From the human T2T-CHM13v2.0 reference genome, Homo sapiens: a DNA stretch of 64,000 nt. The notes under the pieces are model-generated. The model searched no databases and was not told where the DNA came from. It saw only the letters and a list, made by a program, of their open reading frames with translations. The DNA lies in NCBI RefSeq assembly GCF_009914755.1, contig NC_060935.1; one strand, written 5' to 3'. Shown piece by piece: positions 47,598 to 63,915 of this stretch (position 1 is the first letter of the stretch; each line of letters begins with the position of its first letter). The position numbers and the translations under genes are program-made.

Positions 47598-48268
47598 AAT
47601 CACAGTTATTGAAAAAAATCAAAACAACACTTAGTAGATTTGAAAATGAATGCATACGAATTTTGGGGAATGTAAAAGATCTTAATTCAAAATACACTTT
47701 ATGGAGTTAATAGCCATGACTTTTTGTTCAATATAAATATCTAGAATATAGCTTACTTAATAATTACTTACTCTCTGTTGAATGAATCCAAATAGTTAAC
47801 CATCAAGCCATTCACAAGAGAAACAGGAATGATGAATTTTTTCATTTAAAACTACAGAAGTTCTGCTGATATTAATATATGGACAGACTATACTGACAGA
47901 ATGTAAAACATTGCCAAGCCTACAATAGGCAAATAAAAGGCATAAATAAATAATTAATACAAGATATAGTAATGCAAAATAAACAAATTTATAAAGCAAG
48001 CTTCAACCACTCTAACAATTAAAAAACTTTAAAAAGTTGTAAATGAAGTACTATTTTCCATACAGTATTTTAGAAAAAAAATAATAAATAATTGTGAAAT
48101 TAAAGTAAAACTGATATATTCATACATGGCATATGACATACTAATCATTTAGACATCAACACATTAGCGTATATAAATATATACATATGTATTATGTCTA
48201 TGATTATACTAAAAAAAGTATCCTAATGAAATATTTCAAAAACAGTAAAATATTCAATAAAATGCTAA

Positions 48269-48270
<2 letters not shown>

Positions 48271-48327
<57 letters not shown>

Positions 48328-48330
48328 ATA
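48271..48330. repeat. (TA)n microsatellite
   Basis: Direct reading. Confidence 0.95.
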
Positions 48331-48479
48331 GACTCTCCAGTTCTTTATTAGGATATATTTCCAGAATTAACTTTAGAGAACTAATTATAAATTCTTTTAT
48401 GCTGGTAAAGCAATCTATCTTGGAGAATTCCCTCTACCCTAACATACAAATTTATCTGGACTTGTGCATAATAGTATCC

Positions 48480-49290
48480 ATCCTTGTAGTGTCATTATCA
48501 AACTGAGGATGAAAATGTTACCCCAACAGAATAAACTTTCATATTTAATATTCAGATGCTGGAAAAGAAATGGTCTGTTTCTTTTCTAGAGTTATGAGCT
48601 GTGGATACATTCTAAGCTGAAGCTTCTCACATTCATCTTTCCTGAACTCAAGGAGGAAATGATTGCATCAATTAATTAATACCTAGAGGAAAGCGGAGTC
48701 GAGGGAAAAATGGAAAGTTAAAAGCCCGGAAACAATTGAGCCCTTAGATCTAGCAATATCTGAAATAAAAGGTTATGGATATTTTCTGTTAGCTCTCACA
48801 TATCCATTCATTGCCATCCCTCCCTTTGCTTTTCTACTTCAAGAGGCTCACTTGTACAGACTACATTAATGCACTTATTTTTCACATGGCTTCTAATTGG
48901 ATTTAGTCAAACAAGCTAGCAACCAGAGACAGGAAGGTAGGAAGCATGAGGTCAAGCTAAGTTTCCCCTCTATTCCATTCCTCCTGGATCACTAAGGGTT
49001 TTTTATTAAAGTTCACAGCTAGTGCCAAGCGGCAGTCTTAATTCAAAATTTCAGTGGGATATGGTAACTGCTCCCTGCCATGTTCCTTGTAAATGTCCCT
49101 AAATCCTGCCTACACATTTGTAAAAATCCCTTTATTAAACTTTTTTATAAATTATCAAATTTGAATATACTATCACTTTGCTCTGAGGACCCTAAGATAT
49201 AAAACATGTGAATCCCTATATTTCTGAATTATTAAACTATAAATTCCCCTTTTGGTTATAAGTTGGGGACTGTCTCTTGTAATTCAATAT
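48480..49290 (+). mobile_element. MLT1J/K-like LTR interrupted by an LTR33-like LTR (~48790-49200)
   Basis: 'gagcccttagatctagcaatatctgaa'...'ataaattcccctt'; LTR33-like 'ccctttattaaact...ctctgaggaccctaagata'. Confidence 0.45.
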
Positions 49291-49699
49291 CATGTAAATA
49301 AATAGTCCTTCCTAATATGTAAATAATTATGTCATAATAATGAAATTTTGGAAAGAAGAGAATATGGCCAACAAAAGAATAGGTAAGCAATCAGATTGCT
49401 AATATTTATAGATTATCATGATGTGAAAAGCACTGACCTTGATCAGTAGAAATTTTGCTGAAAAAGACAAACCATGAAATATCCCTTGTGGTTAGAAATT
49501 TTGGTTTTACTATGGTCAAATTGAGAAGATTGCTCAGTTTTAAGCAAGACACTGATAGGATTTATAGCGTAGAAATGCCACTCTGTCTACATAATGCCAC
49601 CGTGTTTAAAGAATGAGTGTTTGAATGAATTTCTAAAGGCACAGATGAAGTGGCAGTTCAGAGAAGACTGTCCTACAGGGTGCAGTATATACAGTAAGT

Positions 49700-50899
49700 C
49701 AGAAACCTCTACTTGGTGGTGTGTGCACAATAGAAAGTACATAAGAGTCCAAAGACCAATGAGTCAAAGAGTGGCATGACTTCCCATCATTCTCAGTGAC
49801 TAATGGGGAATGATGTACTCTCTATCCCTAAAATTCTGGGGACTTCAGGATTACAGGTTCTGGTCACAAACGAAACATACATTTTCTAGGAAACACAAGA
49901 AAGATTCCTTCAACTAGAAATCTACGATTACTACTTAAGCAATTTAGACTCCTTTAATCAGAGAAGCAGCATGCAAGGAATCACCATTGTTGTAAGAATA
50001 ATTGACCCAGATAAGCCAGAGAAGTTAGAGTTTCTATTACATAATGGGGTCTGAGAAGACTATATCTAGAAAACAGGTTGTTCACCTGGGTACCTCATGG
50101 TAATCCTTTGTCCAACTGAGACAGAATGGTAGATATAACAATCTAGAGAAAATAAAAAGTATGATGAACAGTTTCTCAGAATTTTCCAGAATGAGGATTT
50201 GAGCCACATCACCAAAATATTTATTTAAACCAACAGAATGTTGGTTTAATGTTTTAATTTCTATAAACTCTCAATGTTTATAGAAATTAAGAATGAAAAG
50301 TGGATGAAAATAATAACAGGTACAAATTATGGCCCCCAAATCAACCACAGTGAGAAGGCTGTAGTTCAGCCCACTCATCTCTAAGTATCTCCTCAGAAAA
50401 AAAAGCCAAGAAAGTCTGAAGGAGCTTATGCCCAAGTATTTTTAGAAAAGTGAATTAATTCAATGCAACAGGTGAATGGTAGCATTGGAGAAGACCCACA
50501 TTTTTATATTCTTTAAGAAATAATCTGTGCTGTTCCAGTAATGCAGTTAGTTGGCAGTCTCCAGCTGGAATTCAAAATCCACCTCCATATTCTAGCCAAG
50601 GGCATTGTCATTCCAGGCAGCCCTGCACCATTTCTATCCTATACCTTCTCTAATAGGCTAACTTTTCTCTAGAGCTCCATGTTGAATTGACCAACACATT
50701 TTCAGATCGACATCATCATAAGAGGCTCTCCTCACCCATTCCAATTTCTCCCTTTAATTTCACAACTCTGTCATTGTCTGAAGACCTTTCTTGCTCAGTA
50801 TGGCTTTCTCCCACTTTTATCTTTCATAGGAAGCATCTGCCAAAGAGCTTTTACACTCCTTTGTATTCATGCCTGTTCTTCAGGGACTCAACTGACACA
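49700..50899 (+). mobile_element. ERVL/HERV16-like internal 3' remnant (dUTPase-like) followed by LTR16-like LTR (~50475-50899)
   Basis: ~49995-50115 translates 'IIDPDKPEKLEFLLHNGV*EDYI*KTGCSPGYLMVILCP'; LTR end 'ttcagggactcaactgacaca'. Confidence 0.6.
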
Positions 50900-53128
50900 G
50901 AAAATGCTTTAAAAGAATAAACATATAATAATTCAGGAAACACAGCAGATAGTTGTTGAGGGAAAGTTCATGAGTTAAAAAAAGAAACAACAGAGCCCAG
51001 TGTTTATTTAGGTAGAAGCAGGGACAATGGTGTAACAGGAGGGCAACATCAATTGCAGAGACTATTATAACATCAAATAAACTATGATAAAGAAATTAGA
51101 TGAAATGACTTTTTAAAATTAAAAATGTCATCTGTAATATTTAACTAAAATATAAAAAAAGTATGTGTTTTAAGATATTAGCAACATGTATGTAAATGAA
51201 CATGACTAAAGAAAAAATATGACTTTTATTCTGTCTGGAAGTTAATTACATGAATTAATATTTCCCAGGATTTGTATAATATGTTATTCTTCTCTAATTA
51301 CTCTCCAGCGAACTCTCTTTGAGCTATTTGAAGAATGAATAGTTATAGGCCTAACAAAGGAGTTTAAGTAGTTCAGTAAAATTAAAATTAAAATTAATTT
51401 CTCCATAGTGCAACTGATATATAAAACAGATGATTTCACAGAATGAAAAGAGACATGTATCAGTAGTGTTTTTAATGATAGAATAAATTGCTTATTTTTA
51501 ATTTTCAATTAATACAATTTGCAAATATGAAATATGTTTCGAGTCTGTAAAATAAGTGTAAAAGTTTCTAACGTCTTTGTTGCTAAATGTCCAACATTTT
51601 TCTTTTTTAAATGATAGATAATTTCCTTTTATGCATATCTAGATAAATTTTTGGTGAAGAAGCCAGTGTGTAAATATCTTTCATCTGTAGTGACTAAGGT
51701 AGGCCCATATAAATTGTATTCCTTCATGCAGTATAAAAGGGCCTCTAATAATGAGTGAAATCAATGTTAATGAAAATACATATACTTTTTAAAATTTCTT
51801 ATCAAATAGAACCTGTGATGTCCATTCAAGAAATTAGAAGTAATTTTTTTCTTCCCATTTCACATCCAATAGATGCAAATTTTCTCATGCATTAAATGTT
51901 TTTTCTCTGGCTTTTCTTTTCTTCTTTTTTAATACAAAAAAAAGTGAGCCTGATCACTGCCTTAGATCAGGCTCACTTTAATCATCATTAGAAAAATAAA
52001 AACAATTTCCCCTTGCCTCCTTTCCAGCTCTCTTCAAAACTCTCCTCCTCAATGTTTAAGATTCAAGTAATATTTTTTTTCAATTTTCACATCTACACAA
52101 GTTTCATTACATAAAAGCATTTTTAAGAACTTTTACAATGCAAATCTTCATGGTGGCAAAACAGGCACCTGCCTGCAGCCCATTCTCCAGCTTTAACAGG
52201 AGGTGGTCCAGGAGGAGAAAAAAAGGACTTGATCAAAACTCCTTATATACATACCACTAACAGACATCCTGATAAACACACTTATGATATTACTAACTGG
52301 AAGTCCTCTATAGAATGCTTTTACCATGATGTACATAGTCTGTCTAGGATTCCTTATGGGAAACATACCTAAAATTGATGGATTTGTTGTGTGTGGTTAT
52401 ATGGAAATATTACTTAAGCTATGGACATATTAGCATAAAAGTGGAGAGATTTCATTGCTTAAATAGATTCCTTGTGTACATTTGATGCTCATCATGTATC
52501 ACTTACAGACCTCAGATGTAAAATCTGAGCCAGATACATACTAATGTGGCAAAAAAAATGGGGAAAGTAGCAGAAGGTGCCCTGTATCCTAAAAATTTGA
52601 AGTAAAGCTGGATACTTGGTAAGAATTCTGATTCATATGTCTCTGGTTTAATAATATGGCTCTTTGTGTTATCTCAGGTATGAAAATATTAAAATATTAT
52701 GATTGTACCCCTTCAGCCCTGGACTCTAGACTAAACACTTGTATGTGTTTGGCAGGTGATTTTCCTGGCTTAATTCCAAGATTAAACAAGTGAGCCAGCA
52801 TTTTATTCCACATGTTTTTACAATTAAAACTCCTATAAGTAAACCTAATTATTAATTATTTAATTAACTGGATCAATATTCGTTAAGTTGAATCTAGATG
52901 AAAATTTGAATCTTATTATGGAAACACATATATGGCCTTAGCCATGAAACCATATGGTTTGAGTGACTTCATACTTTCTTTTTTGTATCAGTGAGTGATA
53001 TAATAAGAACATTTAAAAAGTCCTGTGATTCTGATAATGTAGTTGGTGAAAGGGAAATAAAGATAGTACAGCAAGAACAGTGTCCTGCCTCAAACTTCTT
53101 CACTATCTCAGAAGTGGAAGACGGTATA

Positions 53129-53272
53129 ATGTTGTGGAAACTCTGGAAATATAATAGGAAAAGTTTCTGTACTTTATAATATATTATATATATAAAAAGT
53201 GTATATATACATATATACATGTATATATATATAGCATATATATGTATGAATATATATAGAGTGTGTGTGTGT

Positions 53273-53304
<32 letters not shown>

Positions 53305-54151
53305 GAAAACACACCATATATGTATTTTTGTCCACAGTTTCTGGCTCAAAGCTCCCATGGCCCTTGTTATAGTCATTTGTTATAATATTGAGTTTGTTAG
53401 GCCTTAGGCGAAGGTCTCAGAAAACAATCTCTCTGACCTTCCTCTGCCCTCCTTTCACCTGCCTCAAAGCTGGACTCTAATCTTACCCTGCCTTTCTAAT
53501 TTTGGGTCTTACTACCATCCCCAGAGAGGGTCCTGCCTTGCCCTGGGAGAAGGAATGCTGACATCAGGAAGTTTCTATAAAAATCCAAAGGACTGGGTTC
53601 AGGGACCTTCTGAATATCCATCTGCTCAATGTGGAGGCTCTAGGATGATTGGCCTAGGGAGAGCATGAAAGATCTGCATCCCTTCCCCCATATCTCACTC
53701 TATTTATTTCTACATCTCTATCCATTACAATATCCTTCATAATAAATGGGTAAATGTAAATAATCGTTTCCTTGATTTCTGCTCCAGCAAATTAAATGGT
53801 CAGCTGCTCCAGCAAATTAAATGAACCCAAAGAGGTTCATGGGATTACCAACTTGAAGCCAGTCAATCAGAAGTTCCAGACTATTTTCCACCATTTGACA
53901 CTGGTATCTGAAGGGGTGTGTGTGTAGGTAGGGGTGGACAGTCTTGAGGACTGAGCCCTCAACCCAAGGGATGTAACAGTATCTCCCAGTAGACAGCATC
54001 AAAATTAAATTGGAGAACATCCAACTGGTAACTGCTGCTTGGGGTGTGAGAAAAAAAATCTCACACATTTGGTCATAGAAGTCTTCTCACACATTGTTGT
54101 TCTGGTGGTGTGAGAGTAGAGGAAAAATAGCTTGAGGGTTTTTTCTACACA
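53129..54151 (+). mobile_element. MER21-family LTR with internal (TA)n
   Basis: 'tttgtccacagtttctggctcaaagctccc', 'agcaaattaaatgaacccaaagagg', 'gtcttgaggactgagccctcaacc'. Confidence 0.75.
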
Positions 54152-54458
54152 AAGCCCAATCATGTAAATCCTTCTTGGCCAATTGACTTACCCATACTCT
54201 AATACAATGTTATTAATTCTTTTTTTTTATTGTTTCATTAGCTGCTATTTTTTTTTTTACTTTAAGTTTTAGGGTACATGTGCACAATGTGCAGGTTAGT
54301 TACATATGTATACATGTGCCATGCTGGTGCGCTGCACCCACTAACTCGTCATCTAGCATTAGGTATATCTCCCAGTGCTATGCCTCCCCCCTCTCCCCAC
54401 CCCACAACAGTCCCCAGAGTGTGATGTTCCCCTTCCTGTGTCCATGTGTTCTCATTTT

Positions 54459-58294
<3,836 letters not shown>

Positions 58295-58342
58295 TTATTT
58301 TGCTCGTTAGTTGATGCAGTTTCTTCCTAGTCTCGATGGTCT

Positions 58343-59360
58343 TTACATTTTGGCATGATTTTGCAGTTCCTGGTACCGGTTGTTCCTTTCCATGTTTAGC
58401 GCTTCCTTCAGTTTCTCTTTTAGGGCAGGCCTGGTGGAGACAAAATCTCTCAGCATTTTCTTGTCTTTAAAGGATTTTATTTCCCCTTCACTTATGAAGC
58501 TTAGTTTGGCTGGATGTGAAATTCTGCGTTGAAAATTCTTTTCTTTAAGAATGTTGAATATTGGCCCCCACTCTCTTCTGGCTTGTAGAGTTTCTGCTGA
58601 GAGATCTGCTGTTAGTCTGATGGGCTTCTCTTTGAGGGTAACCCGACCTTTCTCCCTGGCTGCCCTTAACATTTTTTCCTTCATTTCAACTTTGGTGAGT
58701 CTGACAATCATGTGTCTTGGTGTTGTTCTTCTCAAGGAGTATCTTTTTGGCGTTCTCTTTATTTGCTGAATCTGAATGTTGGCTTGTCTTTGCTAGATTG
58801 GGGAAGTTCTCCTGGATAATATCCTGCAGAGTTTTTTCCAACTTGGTTCCATTCTCCCCGTCACTTTCAGGTACACCAATCAGACGTAGATTTGGTCTTT
58901 TCACATAGTCCCATATTTCTTGGAGGCTTTGCTCGTTTCTTTTTTTTCTTTTTTCTCTAAACTTCCCTTCTTGCTTCATTTCATTCATTTCATCTTCCAT
59001 CGCTGATACCGTTTCTTCCAGTTGATCGCATCGGCTCCTGAGGCTTCTGCATTCTTCACGTAGTTCTCGAGCCTTGCTTTTCAGCTCCATCAGCTCCTTT
59101 AAGCACATCCCTGTATTGGTTATTCTAGTTATACATTCTTCTAAATTTTTTTCAAAGTTTTCAACGTCTTTGCCTTTGGTTTGCATGTCCTCCCATAGCT
59201 CGGAGTAATTTGATCCTCTGAAGCCTTCTTCTCTCAGCTCGTCAAAGTCATTCTCTGTCCAGCTTTGTTCCGTTGCTGGTGAGGAACTGCATTCCTTTGC
59301 AGGAGGAGAGGTGCTCTGCTTTTTAGAGTTTCCAGTTTTTCTGCTCTGTTTTTTCCCCAT
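58343..59360 (-). pseudogene. L1 ORF1p, frameshifted
   Basis: 'MGKKQSRKTGNSKKQS...' in ORF 58686..59426 and C-terminus '...LQNHAKM' in ORF 58343..58735. Confidence 0.95.
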
Positions 59361-59811
59361 CTTTGTGGTTTTATCTACTTTTGGTCTTTGATGATGGTGA
59401 TGTACAAATGGGTTTTTGGTGTGCATGTCCTTTTTGTTTGTTAGTTTTCCTTCTAATAGACAGGACCCTCAGCTGCAGGTCTGTTGGAGTACCCAGCCCT
59501 GTGACGTGTCAATCTGCCCCTTCTGGGGGGTGCCTCCCAGTTAGGCTGCTCGGGGGTCAGGCATCAGGGACCCACTTGAGGAGGCAGTCTGCCTATTCTC
59601 AGATCTCCAGCTGCATGCTGGGAGAACCACTGCTCTCTTCAAAGCTGTCAGACAGGGACATTTAAGTCTGCAGAGATTACTGCTGTCTTTTTGTCTGTGC
59701 CCTGCCCCCAGAGGTGGAGCCTACAGAGGCAGGCAGGCCTCCTTGAGCTGTGGTGGGCTCCACCCAGTTTGAGCTTCCCAGCTGCTTTGTTTACCTAAGC
59801 AAGCCTTGGCA

Positions 59812-60032
59812 ATGGTGGGCGCCCCTCCCTCAGCCTCACTGCCGCCTTTCATTTTGATCTCAGACTGCTGTGCTAGGAATCAGTGAGACTCCGTGGGCAT
59901 AGGACCCTCCGAGCCAGGTGCGGGATTTAATCTCCTGGTGCGCCGTTTTTTAAGCCTGTGGGAAAATCGCAGTATTCAGGTGGGAGTGACCCGATTTTCC
60001 AGGTGCCATCTGTCACCACTTTCTTTGACTAG
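59812..60032 (+). pseudogene. L1 antisense ORF0 with premature stop
   Basis: ATG at 59812 reads MVGAPPSASLPPFILISDCCARNQ* (TGA at 59884-59886), then continues 'DSVGIGPSEPGAGFNLLVRRFL'. Confidence 0.8.
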
Positions 60033-60619
60033 GAAAGGGAACTCCCTGACCCCTTGCACTTCCCAAGTGAGGCAATACCTCGCCCTGTTTTGGCTCGCTG
60101 ACTGTGCGTGCACCCACTGACCTGCACCCACTGTCTGGCACTCCCTAGTGAGATGAACCCAGTTACTCAGATGGAAATGCAGAAATCACCCGTCTTCTGC
60201 GTCGCTCACGCTGGGAGCTGTAGACCGGAGCTGCTCCTATTCGGCCATCTTCAATGTTATTACTTCTTAAGTGTCACCAAGAACACAATATTGGAGAATG
60301 GCAAATGTGACTAAATAGAAATCACTGACAAAATTGACATATCAGTGGAATCAACTAATGGCAGATGTTTTTCCAAGGGACAAACATGAGTGGTTCACCT
60401 AAACTTTAGGCACCACAGTGAATTCCTTCTTATTCTCACAGGGAAAGTGATAGAGAAAACTGTCCATGGTTTCTGTCGTGAAATGAAAATGCAGACCCTG
60501 GATTGGGTCAGAGAGCTATTCATTGAATAATATTCTGAGGTCACGCTGACTAATGGAAAGTATAGACAAGCAAATAGGCAGAATGTCATGCTGTAAGTCT
60601 TATGAAATATTTCATTTTA

Positions 60620-62412
60620 TATATATGTACATATGTATACATAATGCATGTGTATATATGCATACACCTATGCGTATGTGTATATATGCATACACGTATA
60701 CATATGTGTATATATGCATACACGTATACATGTGAATATATGCATACACGTATGCATATGTGTATATATGCATACATGTATCCGTATATGTATATATGCA
60801 TACCTGTATGTGTATATGTATGCATACCTGTATGTGTATGTGTATATATGCATACATGTGTATGTGTATATATGTATACATGTATATGTGTATACATGTA
60901 TATATGTATGTATATGTGTACATATATGCATGTATAAGTGTATATGGATACATATGTATATCTGTATACGTATATATGATACGTGTATACGTATTACGTA
61001 TATATGGATACTTATATACGTATATATCTGTATACGTATATGTATATATCTATATGCCTATATGTATATATGTGTATGTATACATATGTGTATAGGTGTG
61101 CATACGTATACATATATGTATATACGTGTACGCATATATGCATATACGCACATACATATACATACATCCATATACATATACACATATATGTACGCATACA
61201 TATATGCTTATATGCATACACATATGTATACACGTATACATATATACAGATATATGTATATATGTATGCATATGTATATGTGTGTATGCATACGTATATG
61301 TATGCATATGTGTTTGCATACATTTATGTGTATGTATATATACATGTATGTGTATGTATATGTACACATGTGTATGTATGTATACACATGTGTGCATGTG
61401 TATACGTATGCATATATATGTATGCATATGCGTATATGTATACATATGTGTATATATGTATGCATATACGTATACATATAAATACGTATATTTATATATG
61501 TACACATGTATACATGCATATTGATATATATATACGTGTACACACGTATACGTGCATATTCGTAGATATATACGTGTACACACGTATGTATATACGTGTA
61601 CATACGTGTGCACATGTGTGTATATGTGTATACATACATATTTATACATGTATATACGTATATATACGTATATAAGTATACATGTACATAAATAGATACA
61701 TATATATAAAATGAAATATTTCATAAGACAGCATGACATTCTAACTGTATGTTAGATATGTATGTTTATGTATATATGTATATGCATATATGTATATATG
61801 TGTATACAATCTCAATATCTTTTTCTCTGTATACATATATGTATACGTATGTATATATGTATACATATGTATATACATATTTATGTATATACATAACTAG
61901 GTATATAGATATGTATATATATTTATGTATATAGATGTGTATATATACATATATGTATTTATATAGATTTGTGTATATTTACATAAATATGTATATATAT
62001 ACAGAGAAAATTAAGATAGTATTGAGATTATTGTATATACTTATACACATATATACACATATACATATACATACATATACATATAAACACATATATACAT
62101 ATATACATATGTATGCATATATACAAATATACCTATGCACACATATGTGTATATACACATATGCACCCATTTGTGTATATACACATATGCACCCATTTGT
62201 GTATATACACATATGCACCCATATGTGTATATACACATATGCACCCATATGTGTATATACACATATGCACCCATATGTGTATATACACATATACACATAT
62301 ATACATGTATACACATATGTACACATATATACATTTGTACACTTATGTGTATATATGTACATATGTACAAGTATGTGTATTTATGTATGTGCAGATACAT
62401 ATACGTATACAG
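60620..62412. repeat. Long alternating purine-pyrimidine (TA/CA/TG) low-complexity block with inverted repeats and a 26-bp VNTR
   Basis: Direct reading; source of many spurious Y/I/C/M/H-rich ORFs. Confidence 0.95.
62143..62292. repeat. 26-bp tandem repeat, ~5.8 copies
   Basis: Unit 'at(a/t)tgtgtatatacacatatgcaccc'. Confidence 0.9.
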
Positions 62413-62669
62413 AGAGAATAAAGTAAGAAATATGTTATTGAGGAAGCATTACCATTTGCTACATTTGTTAAGAGCAGACTAAGGAGACATGACAAGGAGA
62501 GCTCTCTGTGGTACCTAGACTTAAGCACTTCCTGGGAGCTAGCTTCGTAGTTTTATAAAATTCGGAAGCTAGCTTCTGCATAAACATCTTTCTTAGAGGT
62601 AGAAGTTAAGACACAAGCTTGTGAATAAATAGAGAAAATTCTGCCTTCCTAGATACAAAATTCCATGTG

Positions 62670-63105
62670 CTTTGAATCTGTCCATGCCTCATCATTTCTA
62701 CTGCTGCTACTCAAGCAATACAACACTCTCATGTAGATGTTGATAACTCCATAAGCTGCCCACCACAGGACTTTTATACAACTCATTTATTCTACGCAGT
62801 ACACTCTTCTCCAGCTAACCTGTATCTCTCATTTTACCTCAAATTTTGCTTTTTTTAGGAAGATTTCCCTGACTTCAGACAGATTAGTCATCTCCAGTAT
62901 TTAATCTCAAGACTACCTATATTTCTTTAGAGCATTTGTCAAAGTTTAAATAAGCTAGTTGATGACTTTTATGAGGTCCTAATTTCTACACTTTTTCTTC
63001 ACCTGACAGTCCTATGAAGTCAGTATTTTATTTCCTGTTTTCTGCTGTATCCCTAATGTATAACATTGCAGATGACTCTTAGTAAGTGCTGAATTCCAGG
63101 TGATT
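62670..63105 (+). mobile_element. L2 fragments
   Basis: 'ctgtatccctaatgtataacattgcagatgactcttagtaagtgctgaat' L2-like 3' end; diverged. Confidence 0.45.
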
Positions 63106-63915
63106 AATGAGCCACACATGGCTGCTGTATTGTCTTTGATTTTGAAATATAATTAACCCTCATTCTTTCCTTCCTAATCCCCTTTGTTGATACCAATTCT
63201 GCAGTAAGTATACTCCTTTAAGCTGTGAAGTAATAAGCAGAGCGATCTTTTGAGAAGAGTATATGGCTCTAAATAAAAGCAGACAGATTGCCTGAGTACT
63301 TAGTAAAGGCACTGGATGAAATATTTTCTTTTGTAATTGCAATACAAAACATTAATAGAGATTATGGATGAATGTCTTCCTTAGAGGTAGAAGATAAGAC
63401 ACAAGCTTGTAAATAAATGAGGGACAAACAAATTATATTTTCAATTTCTTGGGGCTGGATTTGTAAAGTAAAACAAGTACACACTGACTACTCCTGTTAA
63501 CATTCTATTCAACTTAAACACAAAATTGTGTTTCTTGCATTTGTCTTCTGCTATAAATAGTTTTAGAATTTGTGGGTTTGTACTAATCTTTTAGGCCATA
63601 GCTTACCTGAGGAGCAAATAGAAGAGCTGAATAAAATGACACAAGGGCAATTACTTTCTGGTAGAAGACATGAACATCTTCTTCTCAAAAATTCTTCTGG
63701 CATTTAACTAGTGGTGAAGCCTAGAATAAAGGCTGTGGCCCAAAGAAAGGCACTGATTTACTTGATTCTGGCTTCTACTTCCCTTCCAGAAAAGATGAGC
63801 AGGTTTTAAGTTTGACCTGTCTGTTGCATCACTTGTAGGAAGATCTCAGAGGATTGATAGGAACACCTACATTGTTTTATTCAATTGAAAAAAAAAAGAA
63901 GAAACAAAAATAAAA

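Noticed and set aside
62143-62292. Palindromic repeats resembling a CRISPR array
   Set aside because: No unique spacers, no cas genes, primate DNA; a simple VNTR
60553-62528. Many long overlapping ORFs (up to 277 aa) rich in Y/I/C/M/H/V
   Set aside because: Alternating purine-pyrimidine sequence cannot encode stop codons, so all frames stay open; low-complexity artefact
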